Source: a virus (taxonomy: Duplodnaviria > Caudoviricetes). Taken from it: DNA of 64,000 nucleotides. Made by a program: the position numbers and the translations under genes. Of this stretch, positions 41,184 to 49,088 are shown in pieces. The stretch spans positions 8,465 through 72,464 of IMG/VR virus record IMGVR_UViG_3300023070_000002; one strand, written 5' to 3'. The notes below the pieces were generated by a model. It did not search any database. It was not told the DNA's origin and was given only the letters and a program-made list of their open reading frames with translations. Position 1 is the first letter of the stretch; every line of letters begins with the position of its first letter.

Positions 41184-42005
41184 TTAGCTTTTTTGCTGTT
41201 CATTATTAAAAAGTTTATAAACATAGTACTGAACGGCTAGCTGATTATAAAAATCATATGCTTTTTCCCCAATAGGTATTACATTGGGATTTAATGGAAA
41301 ACATTCAAGTATTCTCGGAGTTTTGGTGGCTTCAGCCAGTTGGAAGCAAAAACTTTGACACCCCAGAAAGAACTTGCTTCCGCTTATTATTTTTGCCAAC
41401 TCATAAAAATTATCGACCTGTAACAGGGGTATTTCTAAGTCCCATTCTCTACAAAACAAATCTCTTTCTTTTTGTAGTCCAGCAAATGCAAGTTTGTGCT
41501 GGTATTGTTTTAAAAAGTGATATGTGATAATAGGGTTTCGATGCCGTTGTGTAAAATTTATAATTCCCTTGTCGCTATATAAATTCGAAATAGTCTCTGG
41601 GATTTCGATCCATTTTTTTGATAAATCTGAAGTCATTTCAGGAAATACATAACTATACCACCTGTTTAAACTCCCATTAGGCTGATTAGTGAACCGGTCT
41701 TGCCTTATAAGGTCAAAATCAAATATAACATCTTCCCCTTTATACTTTCTGAAGTCTTCAATATAGGGTTGCGATTTTATCAATGGGCGAAGCATATCAA
41801 ACATATACTCGTTCATGCAAACTGGTTCGCCGTCTTTTGTTTCGAATGGGTGAACGCTTCCCAAGTAGGAAGATCCTATCATCCCAATTCTTTGATAAAT
41901 AACAGCCTTTTTACCCGTTTGGTGCCACAACTGTTTAATACCCGCCAAGAAACTAATTAAGTCTCCTGCGGGGCTGCTTGTTTTAAACGTAATAAAGTCT
42001 GACAT
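41184..42005 (-). CDS. GT-B/GT9-like glycosyltransferase
   Basis: SSPAGDLIS N-terminus; LAKIISGSKFFLGCQSFCFQLAEA C-terminal motif. Confidence 0.6.
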   Translation of the reverse strand: MSDFITFKTSSPAGDLISFLAGIKQLWHQTGKKAVIYQRIGMIGSSYLGSVHPFETKDGEPVCMNEYMFDMLRPLIKSQPYIEDFRKYKGEDVIFDFDLIRQDRFTNQPNGSLNRWYSYVFPEMTSDLSKKWIEIPETISNLYSDKGIINFTQRHRNPIITYHFLKQYQHKLAFAGLQKERDLFCREWDLEIPLLQVDNFYELAKIISGSKFFLGCQSFCFQLAEATKTPRILECFPLNPNVIPIGEKAYDFYNQLAVQYYVYKLFNNEQQKS

Positions 42006-42020
42006 TTTTTAGACAATATT

Positions 42021-42028
42021 CAAAAATA
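42021..42028 (-). promoter_or_regulatory. Bacteroidota -7 promoter element for the glyco cluster
   Basis: TATTTTTG (TAnnTTTG) on - strand, 15 nt upstream of the start at 42005. Confidence 0.5.
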
Positions 42029-42079
42029 CATTACTTTTACCTACGATATTTTTAATTAAAAACAATCAAATTTTTTAAC

Positions 42080-42337
42080 ATGGCTCAAATTCTTTCCGTA
42101 AGCGTTTATGGCCGCAACAATCAGAACTACGGCACTTCACAGGGTCGGACTATTGGCCTTCCTGTAAGCCGCCTAATGATTGAAAGCGCCCCGGCAAATT
42201 CCGTTTACAATGGGGTAACAACTGTAACCCAAATCACTGTACTGCCAACAGGGGATGTATACCCGGGTTCTCCTTCAGTTTCGGTGTTTTTTACACCGAC
42301 TGCACTCGCTACTGTTATTACTGCTGCGAACGCTTAG
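42080..42337 (+). CDS. small T/V/A-rich virion-like protein on the opposite strand
   Basis: 85 aa; A-rich initiation region; composition like 27484..27756. Confidence 0.65.
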   Translation: MAQILSVSVYGRNNQNYGTSQGRTIGLPVSRLMIESAPANSVYNGVTTVTQITVLPTGDVYPGSPSVSVFFTPTALATVITAANA

Positions 42338-42355
42338 GCTCGTTTCTAATCCGCC

Positions 42356-42571
42356 CTACAAGAATTGCTCCGGCCAACTGCCGGAGTTTTTTATTAATTG
42401 TATGTCTTCAAAATAATTGATCTTTTGTTTATTATTTAAAATCCAAAACCCATTCTCGAAAACAAGGGTATCCGCGTCTCTTTGGTAGATTGTTTTTGGT
42501 ATCAAAACTTTCTTTTCTTCCCACCCTGTTTTTAACAATTCTGATGAATTTATTGCACGTACCTCTCTCAT
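42356..42571 (-). CDS. hypothetical protein
   Basis: 71 aa; ATGA overlap with cupin gene. Confidence 0.55.
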   Translation of the reverse strand: MREVRAINSSELLKTGWEEKKVLIPKTIYQRDADTLVFENGFWILNNKQKINYFEDIQLIKNSGSWPEQFL

Positions 42572-42930
42572 ATCATCGCGGGGGTTATTCTGTAAGTATC
42601 GCTATCATCGTGAGTGGTGGAAACCTCAAAAATAACTGACTCTTTTATGGCTTTTACTTTGTGGGGTTGTCCGGGTGAAATTGTGATCGTATCGCCTTCC
42701 CGCATGGTTATCAACGACAATTCGCCGGTCAATGTATCAATTAAGGTTACCTGAACTTTACCAGATTGCAAATACCAGCTTTCTTTTTTTAGCAAATGGT
42801 AGTGCAGGCTTCCGCTTGCATCTTGGTTAAAGCAAAGAAGTTTACCGCAATAGTCCGCGCCATTGTAAATTATCTTTTCGCATCCCCAAGCCTTTTCAAT
42901 TGCAAATGGTTGTTTAGTCGCAGGTACCAT
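42568..42930 (-). CDS. cupin, sugar isomerase/epimerase-like
   Basis: EKAWG..SLHYHLLKKESWYLQSG..PGQPHKV..FEVST. Confidence 0.8.
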   Translation of the reverse strand: MVPATKQPFAIEKAWGCEKIIYNGADYCGKLLCFNQDASGSLHYHLLKKESWYLQSGKVQVTLIDTLTGELSLITMREGDTITISPGQPHKVKAIKESVIFEVSTTHDDSDTYRITPAMI

Positions 42931-42932
42931 AC

Positions 42933-43115
42933 TTACTGAAGATTTAAAACCCTATCAACCTTTGATTGCAATTCTGTTGCTTTGTTTTCGACTTGTTTTT
43001 GCTCTTCTGACAATGCCTTTCCAACAGCTTCTTTTATCTGTATCCAAGCCTCATACTGTTCATCTGCTGATCCTTTGGAAAGCTCTTTGAGTATTTTATC
43101 TGTGTTTATTGGCAT
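42933..43115 (-). CDS. hypothetical coiled-coil protein
   Basis: 60-aa ORF in operon. Confidence 0.5.
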   Translation of the reverse strand: MPINTDKILKELSKGSADEQYEAWIQIKEAVGKALSEEQKQVENKATELQSKVDRVLNLQ

Positions 43116-43120
43116 TTTAA

Positions 43121-43432
43121 TTAATCTTTGGAGATTATCCTATTCAGATGACGTTCTATGCCCTGAAGCACACACAAATTATAATCCAGTCGCGCAAGTT
43201 TTTCGAACGATGCTTCAATAAAACTATTTGGCGCATCCTTCTGTGGTTGTTCTTCATCATCATGTTTGTCAACCGACAGGTTCAGTATTTGGTTGACGCT
43301 TTTTTCTATTTCAGACAGAATCGCACTCTGTTGGTTTATCGACAGACTTAAACGCTGAATAAAATTATCAAGGGCAGGGGCTTCTTCAGGAGATACCCCA
43401 GCTTTAGCCGTTTTTAGTGATGTGGTTATCAT
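43121..43432 (-). CDS. hypothetical protein
   Basis: 103 aa helical. Confidence 0.55.
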   Translation of the reverse strand: MITTSLKTAKAGVSPEEAPALDNFIQRLSLSINQQSAILSEIEKSVNQILNLSVDKHDDEEQPQKDAPNSFIEASFEKLARLDYNLCVLQGIERHLNRIISKD

Positions 43433-43439
43433 ATTTTGA

Positions 43440-43580
43440 TCATGGTTTAATTTTGAAGTACTTTTTAAGGATAGTAGTAACCGCTTCGGTCATATTCTTA
43501 AACCGGTTTTCTTTTATCGCCTTTTCTATGGCCTCCTCTACCTCTTTCCCCCACCTTACTGTATGTCCTTTTTTCTGCAT
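43440..43580 (-). CDS. ribbon-helix-helix DNA-binding protein (not in ORF track)
   Basis: MQKKGHTVRWGKEVEEAIEKAIKENRFKNMTEAVTTILKKYFKIKP: strand-helix-helix Arc/MetJ pattern. Confidence 0.65.
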   Translation of the reverse strand: MQKKGHTVRWGKEVEEAIEKAIKENRFKNMTEAVTTILKKYFKIKP

Positions 43581-43584
43581 GGGG

Positions 43585-43592
43585 CAAATGTA
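43585..43592 (-). promoter_or_regulatory. -7 promoter element
   Basis: TACATTTG, 4 nt upstream of the RHH ATG. Confidence 0.6.
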
Positions 43593-43618
43593 ATTCGAAT
43601 GTAATACACAAACCAAAC

Positions 43619-43852
43619 TTATTTTTTCAATGCCTTGTGCTGTATGTTCATTTCAGGTTTTTTATTAAACCCGTTTTCGTCTACTAAATCTGGTTCTGCA
43701 AATGGCGTAATGATGAAATGGCAGCTATCTATTCCTTTTGCATATAGCCTTTGCCATGTCCAGATAATATCCTTTCTGTTTCTCTTTGACGAATAATACT
43801 TCAGGTCTGCTTGTTCCCCGTTTCTTTTGTGCAGTGATATAATTCCTTTCAT
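43619..43852 (-). CDS. hypothetical protein
   Basis: 77-aa ORF in operon. Confidence 0.55.
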   Translation of the reverse strand: MKGIISLHKRNGEQADLKYYSSKRNRKDIIWTWQRLYAKGIDSCHFIITPFAEPDLVDENGFNKKPEMNIQHKALKK

Positions 43853-43872
43853 TTTTGAATAAGTTGGGAAGG

Positions 43873-44061
43873 TTATTCTATTTTATTTTCAGGAAACATT
43901 TTATTGTACTTCTCTTTGATCTCGGCAACATGTATTTTATCCTGCATTTTTTCATAGGCGCGTGTCTTTTTTAACTGCCTATACCATTTTATTAGAAAAG
44001 GGATCTTGGTAGCCCACCCTAATAAAAATCCATAGATTAAATACCAATATTTATTTTCCAT
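43873..44061 (-). CDS. small single-TM protein
   Basis: YWYLIYGFLLGWA hydrophobic N-terminus. Confidence 0.5.
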   Translation of the reverse strand: MENKYWYLIYGFLLGWATKIPFLIKWYRQLKKTRAYEKMQDKIHVAEIKEKYNKMFPENKIE

Positions 44062-44072
44062 ATATTTTCTGT

Positions 44073-44327
44073 TTAAGTGCTTTTACTTTTGGGAATTAAT
44101 AATTCGTGCGGTTTTATTTTGACAACTGTTTTACTCCATTCATCCAACAACCTTCTTATTTCATGATATTCATCCCAAAGTAGTTTTCGTTCTTTCCCTA
44201 CTACTCCGTTTTGTATTATTTTGCCAATGCGGTGTCCCCTTATCCTTAAATCTCCCATTGCCGCTCCGTAATCATTTGGATATTTTTCAATAACTATTTG
44301 GCATCTTCTGTTAGTGCTATTTCCCAT
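44073..44327 (-). CDS. hypothetical protein
   Basis: 84-aa ORF overlapping upstream gene. Confidence 0.5.
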   Translation of the reverse strand: MGNSTNRRCQIVIEKYPNDYGAAMGDLRIRGHRIGKIIQNGVVGKERKLLWDEYHEIRRLLDEWSKTVVKIKPHELLIPKSKST

Positions 44328-44919
44328 AAACTAGTTCGGTTAAATGGTGATACAATTTATTTTGTCTTTCCAGTGGCGTTACCAATGGTAAAACGTTCAA
44401 TAGCTTTTCTTTCAGAACATCCCATTCCTTACTGTCTTTTAGTGTTAACCACGTGATTTTGTTTTGGTCAAAAGAAGTGTGGCATTGTAAACAAAGTTCA
44501 ATCCAATTATCTTCATTTGCTGCTTGACTTGGGAATCCGCCTTTATCAACTGGACGTTTTGGCAACAGGTGTGCTACCGACGCACGTTTCATGGTCTCGA
44601 TAGTTCTTTCGTGTTTTTTATCATTGGCTTCTTTTGACCAATTGGAATTGTCGTCTCTCCAAAACTTTGTATCAATTGCAGTTGTTTTCCCGCCACAAAA
44701 AAAACATTTCCCGGTACATCGCCGTAGCATTTTATCAAAGAATTTATCCAGTTCGCTATCTGACCCTTTTTCTTTCGCTGCTTTATTTTCAGCCTCTTTT
44801 TTCAAAGACACTTTTCTAGGTGCCTTGGGAGTTTTCTTCACTGCCTCTTTTGGCAACTGACCTAACTTTATCTTTTGCAGTCTTGCAAAGTAGGAGAGTA
44901 TTGGTTTTTCTTCGCTCAT
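44317..44919 (-). CDS. HNH-type Zn-binding nuclease (NinG-like)
   Basis: CFFC..VAHLLPKR..NWIELCLQCH. Confidence 0.65.
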   Translation of the reverse strand: MSEEKPILSYFARLQKIKLGQLPKEAVKKTPKAPRKVSLKKEAENKAAKEKGSDSELDKFFDKMLRRCTGKCFFCGGKTTAIDTKFWRDDNSNWSKEANDKKHERTIETMKRASVAHLLPKRPVDKGGFPSQAANEDNWIELCLQCHTSFDQNKITWLTLKDSKEWDVLKEKLLNVLPLVTPLERQNKLYHHLTELVYGK

Positions 44920-45117
44920 GTAATTATTTTTTACCCGTTATGAATTAGAACTATTAAAATGAATATCCCCGTAAGACACAGTAATATAAAAACACTTGCC
45001 CAGCACATTTCAATACATTCAATTCCTGTCATGTCTTTCTTTTTCCACTTGGATATATACCATTTAAAAATGTTTTTCATATTTTTTTATAGGTTTTTAT
45101 CTTGGTAGATCATTTGG

Positions 45118-45435
45118 TTAGCTTGTTAAGATGCCGATTGTATAAATTATTTTCAACGCTTCAAGTCTAAATTCAGGCGGAGTACCCGGAAATGTTTCGT
45201 TTACGAATTTTCTCCATCCTATTTTCTCCTCATTATCTATGGTCTCAATTGGAGGGACGGACTTATATTTGGAAAGAAAAACGTGTCTTGGTATTGCCAA
45301 TGTGCAGTAGGCCTTTAAAATAGTCTGGTAAGACAGGTAATGGTGCTGCCACTCCCCGCTAATTTTTACAGGATATTTCATCCCCGATTGCAGGTCATTT
45401 AAATATCTTTCAACAAGACTTTCGGTCAGGTTCAT
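45118..45435 (-). CDS. hypothetical protein of the replication module
   Basis: 105 aa; coupled to upstream gene. Confidence 0.55.
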   Translation of the reverse strand: MNLTESLVERYLNDLQSGMKYPVKISGEWQHHYLSYQTILKAYCTLAIPRHVFLSKYKSVPPIETIDNEEKIGWRKFVNETFPGTPPEFRLEALKIIYTIGILTS

Positions 45436-46169
45436 TAGTTATTATAGTTTTTACGTTCCCTTCTTTCGTCTCTTTGTATCTGGGCTTTTGTTCTGTACTG
45501 TTCCATCATTTTACCAAAGGCGCTGCCGTCTTTCGGATTTTGCCGGTCAAAAATATTAGCATCCCCCATACTTTTGTAATATTCGTGCTGAGTATCTCTT
45601 ATTTTTATCGCCTCCTGCCATCTTTCATCCCTGTATTTATTAAAAAACAGGTTAAACTTTACTGCATCAATAGAGCCATACAAATCGCCATACTTCCCTC
45701 GTGTTAGCTGTTGAAGGAATAAAAGAAGGTCTGGTATGGAAATTTTATCATCTTTAGAATCATCAATAATCATTTCAGCAAGATCGACTATCTGAATCGG
45801 CGTCATTGGCGACTTCAGGTTCATTGCTTCCATTGCAAGGGTAATAGCAACCGTAATTATTGTAACGGTACCTCTCATGTCTCTTTCAGCCATTGCACAT
45901 ATCCTTTCCTCGTTTGGGATTTTAATAAGTTCCGCATAATTTGGCGCCGCTCCGTCCTTATACTTGCGTAGTTCATTATTCACGCCAACCCTGTCAATTC
46001 CCGTTACATCTACCTTCCCATCTTTAGTAAGTCCTTGCGCTAAGTATATCAGTAGTGATTTTTCTGTTTTGTTCGACTGAAGCTGATTTTGTTCCATTGT
46101 TGTTATTTTTAAGCATATAAAATCCTGACCATGTATTCTCGATAGATTGCATGATAATAGCCTTAGCAA
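45435..46169 (-). CDS. putative replication accessory protein (helicase-loader position)
   Basis: Overlaps end of initiator-like gene; GKYGDLYGSID motif; start uncertain. Confidence 0.45.
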   Translation of the reverse strand: MLRLLSCNLSRIHGQDFICLKITTMEQNQLQSNKTEKSLLIYLAQGLTKDGKVDVTGIDRVGVNNELRKYKDGAAPNYAELIKIPNEERICAMAERDMRGTVTIITVAITLAMEAMNLKSPMTPIQIVDLAEMIIDDSKDDKISIPDLLLFLQQLTRGKYGDLYGSIDAVKFNLFFNKYRDERWQEAIKIRDTQHEYYKSMGDANIFDRQNPKDGSAFGKMMEQYRTKAQIQRDERRERKNYNN

Positions 46170-46347
46170 CTTCTTCTACACCCCCTGATAAAGTTACAAG
46201 TTGCATAAGGCGGGCTTGTTCGCTGATTACGCCCTTGTATTTAAACTTATGTTCTTCCCATCGATAATCTTTCCATAGCTGCCATGTGTCTAAAAAGGCT
46301 TCTGAAAAGGGATTAACAATGTTTTTAGGTAGTTGGCGTGTTTTCAT
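46024..46347 (-). CDS. replication initiator C-terminal-domain-like protein
   Basis: FLDTWQLWKDYR..AIIMQSIENTWSGFY resembles C-termini of phage initiators; start reassigned to MKTRQLP. Confidence 0.45.
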   Translation of the reverse strand: MKTRQLPKNIVNPFSEAFLDTWQLWKDYRWEEHKFKYKGVISEQARLMQLVTLSGGVEEVAKAIIMQSIENTWSGFYMLKNNNNGTKSASVEQNRKITTDILSARTY

Positions 46348-46348
46348 T

Positions 46349-47323
46349 TCATTTCTCCTTTTTAAAATTATAACCAATAACAGGGGTTGTGACAATGGCT
46401 CTGTCAATAAGATTGTTAAATCTCCACAACGGCGTTTTATCTCTATGATTAAACTTCCAAACTATTTCATCCATATAATTTTGCACATACTCATGCCCAA
46501 TTTTAGTATGCGCCCCGCGTATATTACGTTTCATAACGCCCCAAAAGTTTTCAATACTATTAGTATGTACCTCTTCCCGAACATATTCATGTTTAGAATG
46601 CTCTACAAAATCATGCTCATAACTTTTTTTCAGGTTATTATATCCTGACCATCCGTCCGTAAATATTGTTGTATTTGGTTCAACATGCCTGCCGATAACC
46701 TCGTCAAGTGTTTTAATATTTCTTTCTTCAATCAGTTCGACCTTAATCAAACCTGATTTTCTTTCCAAGAATCCCAAAATAGGCTGTTTTCGAGTTTTGC
46801 AAATCGAACCCCACCTTGACCATTTGGTGCCGCCGCCAATAAAGGCTTCGTCAATTTCAACTACCCCAGAAAACTTTCCCAGAGGGACTTGAAAAAGGCT
46901 TTTCCTAATAGACTTCATCATTCGATGCGCCGTTTTATACTCAATATTTAGGTTTTTACTTGCCTGTATTGCTGAAATATTTTTCTTACTTATGCTACTG
47001 TTATACATCAAATAAAACCAGTAAGGAAGCGGAGTTGTCGTTTTTTGAAAAATCGTCCCCGCAGTTACGCATATTTGTTTTGAACATTTTACGCATTGAT
47101 AACGCTTTCCGCCTTTCATCATCTTGAACGTATCTTCTTTTGATTTAAGACACACACACCTATTGCCTGCTTTGTTTTTTTTTAAATATAAGAACCTAAA
47201 GCATTTTTCTATATCAGATGTTTTCTGCAAAAAGTCAAACAAACTAATATTCTCATCGGTTATTCCGAAAATATCGCTGAAGATTTCTAAATCAGTATTA
47301 TTCATAATTTCTTTTTTTTGCAT
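46349..47323 (-). mobile_element. IS1595-family (ISXO2-like) DDE transposase
   Basis: Zn ribbon CVC..CVKC; VEIDEAFIGG; IFTDGWSGY; HTNSIENFWGVMKR; QNYMDEIVWKFN; element ends not defined. Confidence 0.85.
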
Positions 47324-47856
47324 AGCACACTTTCCTTAGCATCCTATATTGAATGCTAATGTAACTAGCTTATTTTACTGGCATCCTTCAAAAGAATAGT
47401 TATCTCGTAATTATCGTAGTGCTCGCTAGCCGTTCTATTCAATTTAAGCCTTAAAAAGCATTCTCGCTAAGTAAGGCAACAGTATCACAGGTCTTTCTCG
47501 TAACGGTACGATATGCTTTGTTGTTCATCTGACAGTGCTGGGTCAGAAGTTTTACCTGTATGGCGTAGAAACGCAATAAACTTAAAATTCGTAACTTTGA
47601 GTTGAATAGGGTTAATAATCCCCTACGCTGTCAATGCTTTAAAAACACAGCGGATATGTTCAAAATTGTGGGAGGCGTTAAAACCTCCCACTTGCGTATA
47701 TAGTCTGGGCGAAGCGCAATAGTTGTTTCTCGTTTGAACATAGCAGGGCAACTCTTGGAAAACCCCTTTCTGCGTTTTAAAAATCGTATTGTATGCCGTT
47801 ATTCGGCTTTATTCACTCGCTTTTTACCACCCCTAATTGTGATCAAGAACTAAAAT

Positions 47857-47886
47857 AAAAAAAGCCCTGCCGGAAAACCGGAGGGC
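47857..47886 (-). terminator. rho-independent terminator
   Basis: GCCCTCCGG-TTTT-CCGGCAGGGC followed by T7 on - strand. Confidence 0.7.
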
Positions 47887-47947
47887 GAAGCTGCTAAGCT
47901 AAATGCTGAAAAATATACGTGAATATTGACGAAACCCGTCAACAGGA

Positions 47948-47955
47948 CAAATGTA
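47948..47955 (-). promoter_or_regulatory. -7 promoter element
   Basis: TACATTTG on - strand, upstream of a hairpin-rich leader. Confidence 0.6.
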
Positions 47956-48037
47956 AGAAGAATTTCTTAAAAACATATTAATACAGCATTAAACTTAGCA
48001 GAACAAATTTATAAAAAATAAAACGAGACCAGCAAAT

Positions 48038-48235
48038 TTATTTTTCTCTTGCCTTAAATTCTTCATCCACAAAGGCTTTCATTTTCTCCCAATCTTCCTT
48101 TGTAATAGTAAACCAGAAGGATCCTGCCATATCATTGTTTTCGGCAACAAACAACTCTCCGATCGCATTCATGTGCATTACCATTTCGCACCCATCCGAA
48201 GAAAAGATCAGGTGTTTGCATTCGCTGGTTGCCAT
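48038..48235 (-). CDS. hypothetical protein
   Basis: 65 aa; coupled to HTH gene. Confidence 0.55.
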   Translation of the reverse strand: MATSECKHLIFSSDGCEMVMHMNAIGELFVAENNDMAGSFWFTITKEDWEKMKAFVDEEFKAREK

Positions 48236-48426
48236 TACTTTTTGATTTTACAGTTTAGCACTTGATTAATTCGGCTTATTTCTTCGTCCGTAAACTCCCA
48301 AACGCCGTTTATCTTTTTAGACAAATCCGCTTCAGGTATACGAGCGCTAAAAGACAGCCAGCGCTGCGTTCTGCCATCCAATGCAATCTTTACTTGCTCA
48401 GGCACTGTTAATGCTACTTTATCCAT
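48235..48426 (-). CDS. Cro/XRE-like helix-turn-helix protein
   Basis: GRTQRWLSFSARIPEADLSKKING..FTDEEI..INQVL; first gene left of the divergence point. Confidence 0.7.
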   Translation of the reverse strand: MDKVALTVPEQVKIALDGRTQRWLSFSARIPEADLSKKINGVWEFTDEEISRINQVLNCKIKK

Positions 48427-48533
48427 AGTAATAATAATTAGTTATGCGAAGTAAATAATTTTCCGCGAAACAACCAATAATATTTATTTTATTAGATTTA
48501 CCAAATTTTCTTGGTGAATTGAAAAAGACTTCT

Positions 48534-48541
48534 TACGTTTG
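48534..48541 (+). promoter_or_regulatory. rightward early promoter
   Basis: TACGTTTG, with TTG 20 nt upstream (48511). Confidence 0.7.
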
Positions 48542-48577
48542 CTTCATCAATCGAAAATAATCTCTAAACTAACAATT

Positions 48578-48781
48578 ATGGCTATTGTGAAAGACTTAGC
48601 ACAAGACAGTACATTAATTTCTGATTGGGATGCCGAAGGTGCGGCAGAACAACCTATTATTGTAGAAAACTACAAAGGAGGCGGTGTTTTAAAGATCGTA
48701 GGAACGGATGGAGAATCGGTAAACATTCCATACCGGTTAATACCTGCTCTTATTAAGGTTATGAAAAAATATTCGGCTTAG
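48578..48781 (+). CDS. hypothetical early protein
   Basis: ATG MAIVKD after the promoter. Confidence 0.6.
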   Translation: MAIVKDLAQDSTLISDWDAEGAAEQPIIVENYKGGGVLKIVGTDGESVNIPYRLIPALIKVMKKYSA

Positions 48782-48838
48782 TTTAAAAAACACCGTTTGT
48801 AAAAAGACAATTACATTTCACTCGATAAAAAAAATATT

Positions 48839-49063
48839 ATGCGATTAAAATCAACCACCTTTTGGGTGGAGTCAAAAGATGAAAAAGGGAAAGAACAAAT
48901 TGTCGGGCATAGCCAAGACCAAAAAACGGGTGAGATATACTTTCTACACCTGACTAAAGCAAGTGCTAATAAATTACTTAAAGCAGAAAAGAAAATAAGT
49001 CCTGAATATAAGTATCGTGTAGTGAGGGAAATTAAAGAGATGTTTAGGACTGAATGGGAATAA
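48839..49063 (+). CDS. hypothetical basic protein
   Basis: 74-aa ORF. Confidence 0.55.
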   Translation: MRLKSTTFWVESKDEKGKEQIVGHSQDQKTGEIYFLHLTKASANKLLKAEKKISPEYKYRVVREIKEMFRTEWE

Positions 49064-49088
49064 TAAAAGTTCTTTGTAAAAATAGTTT

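Noticed and set aside
13378-41960. Many + strand ORFs antisense to structural genes (e.g. 10618..11097, 16549..16968, 29481..29957)
   Set aside because: Shadow ORFs: S/F/L-rich mirror composition, fully overlapping well-supported genes
44938-45090. Two micro-ORFs (17 aa basic; 33 aa hydrophobic) with ATGA overlap
   Set aside because: Too short to support without conservation data; possible but unverified
46383-47833. IS1595 terminal inverted repeats
   Set aside because: Only an 11/16 match, and flanks (CAATAACA versus TAATTGTG) are not a direct repeat
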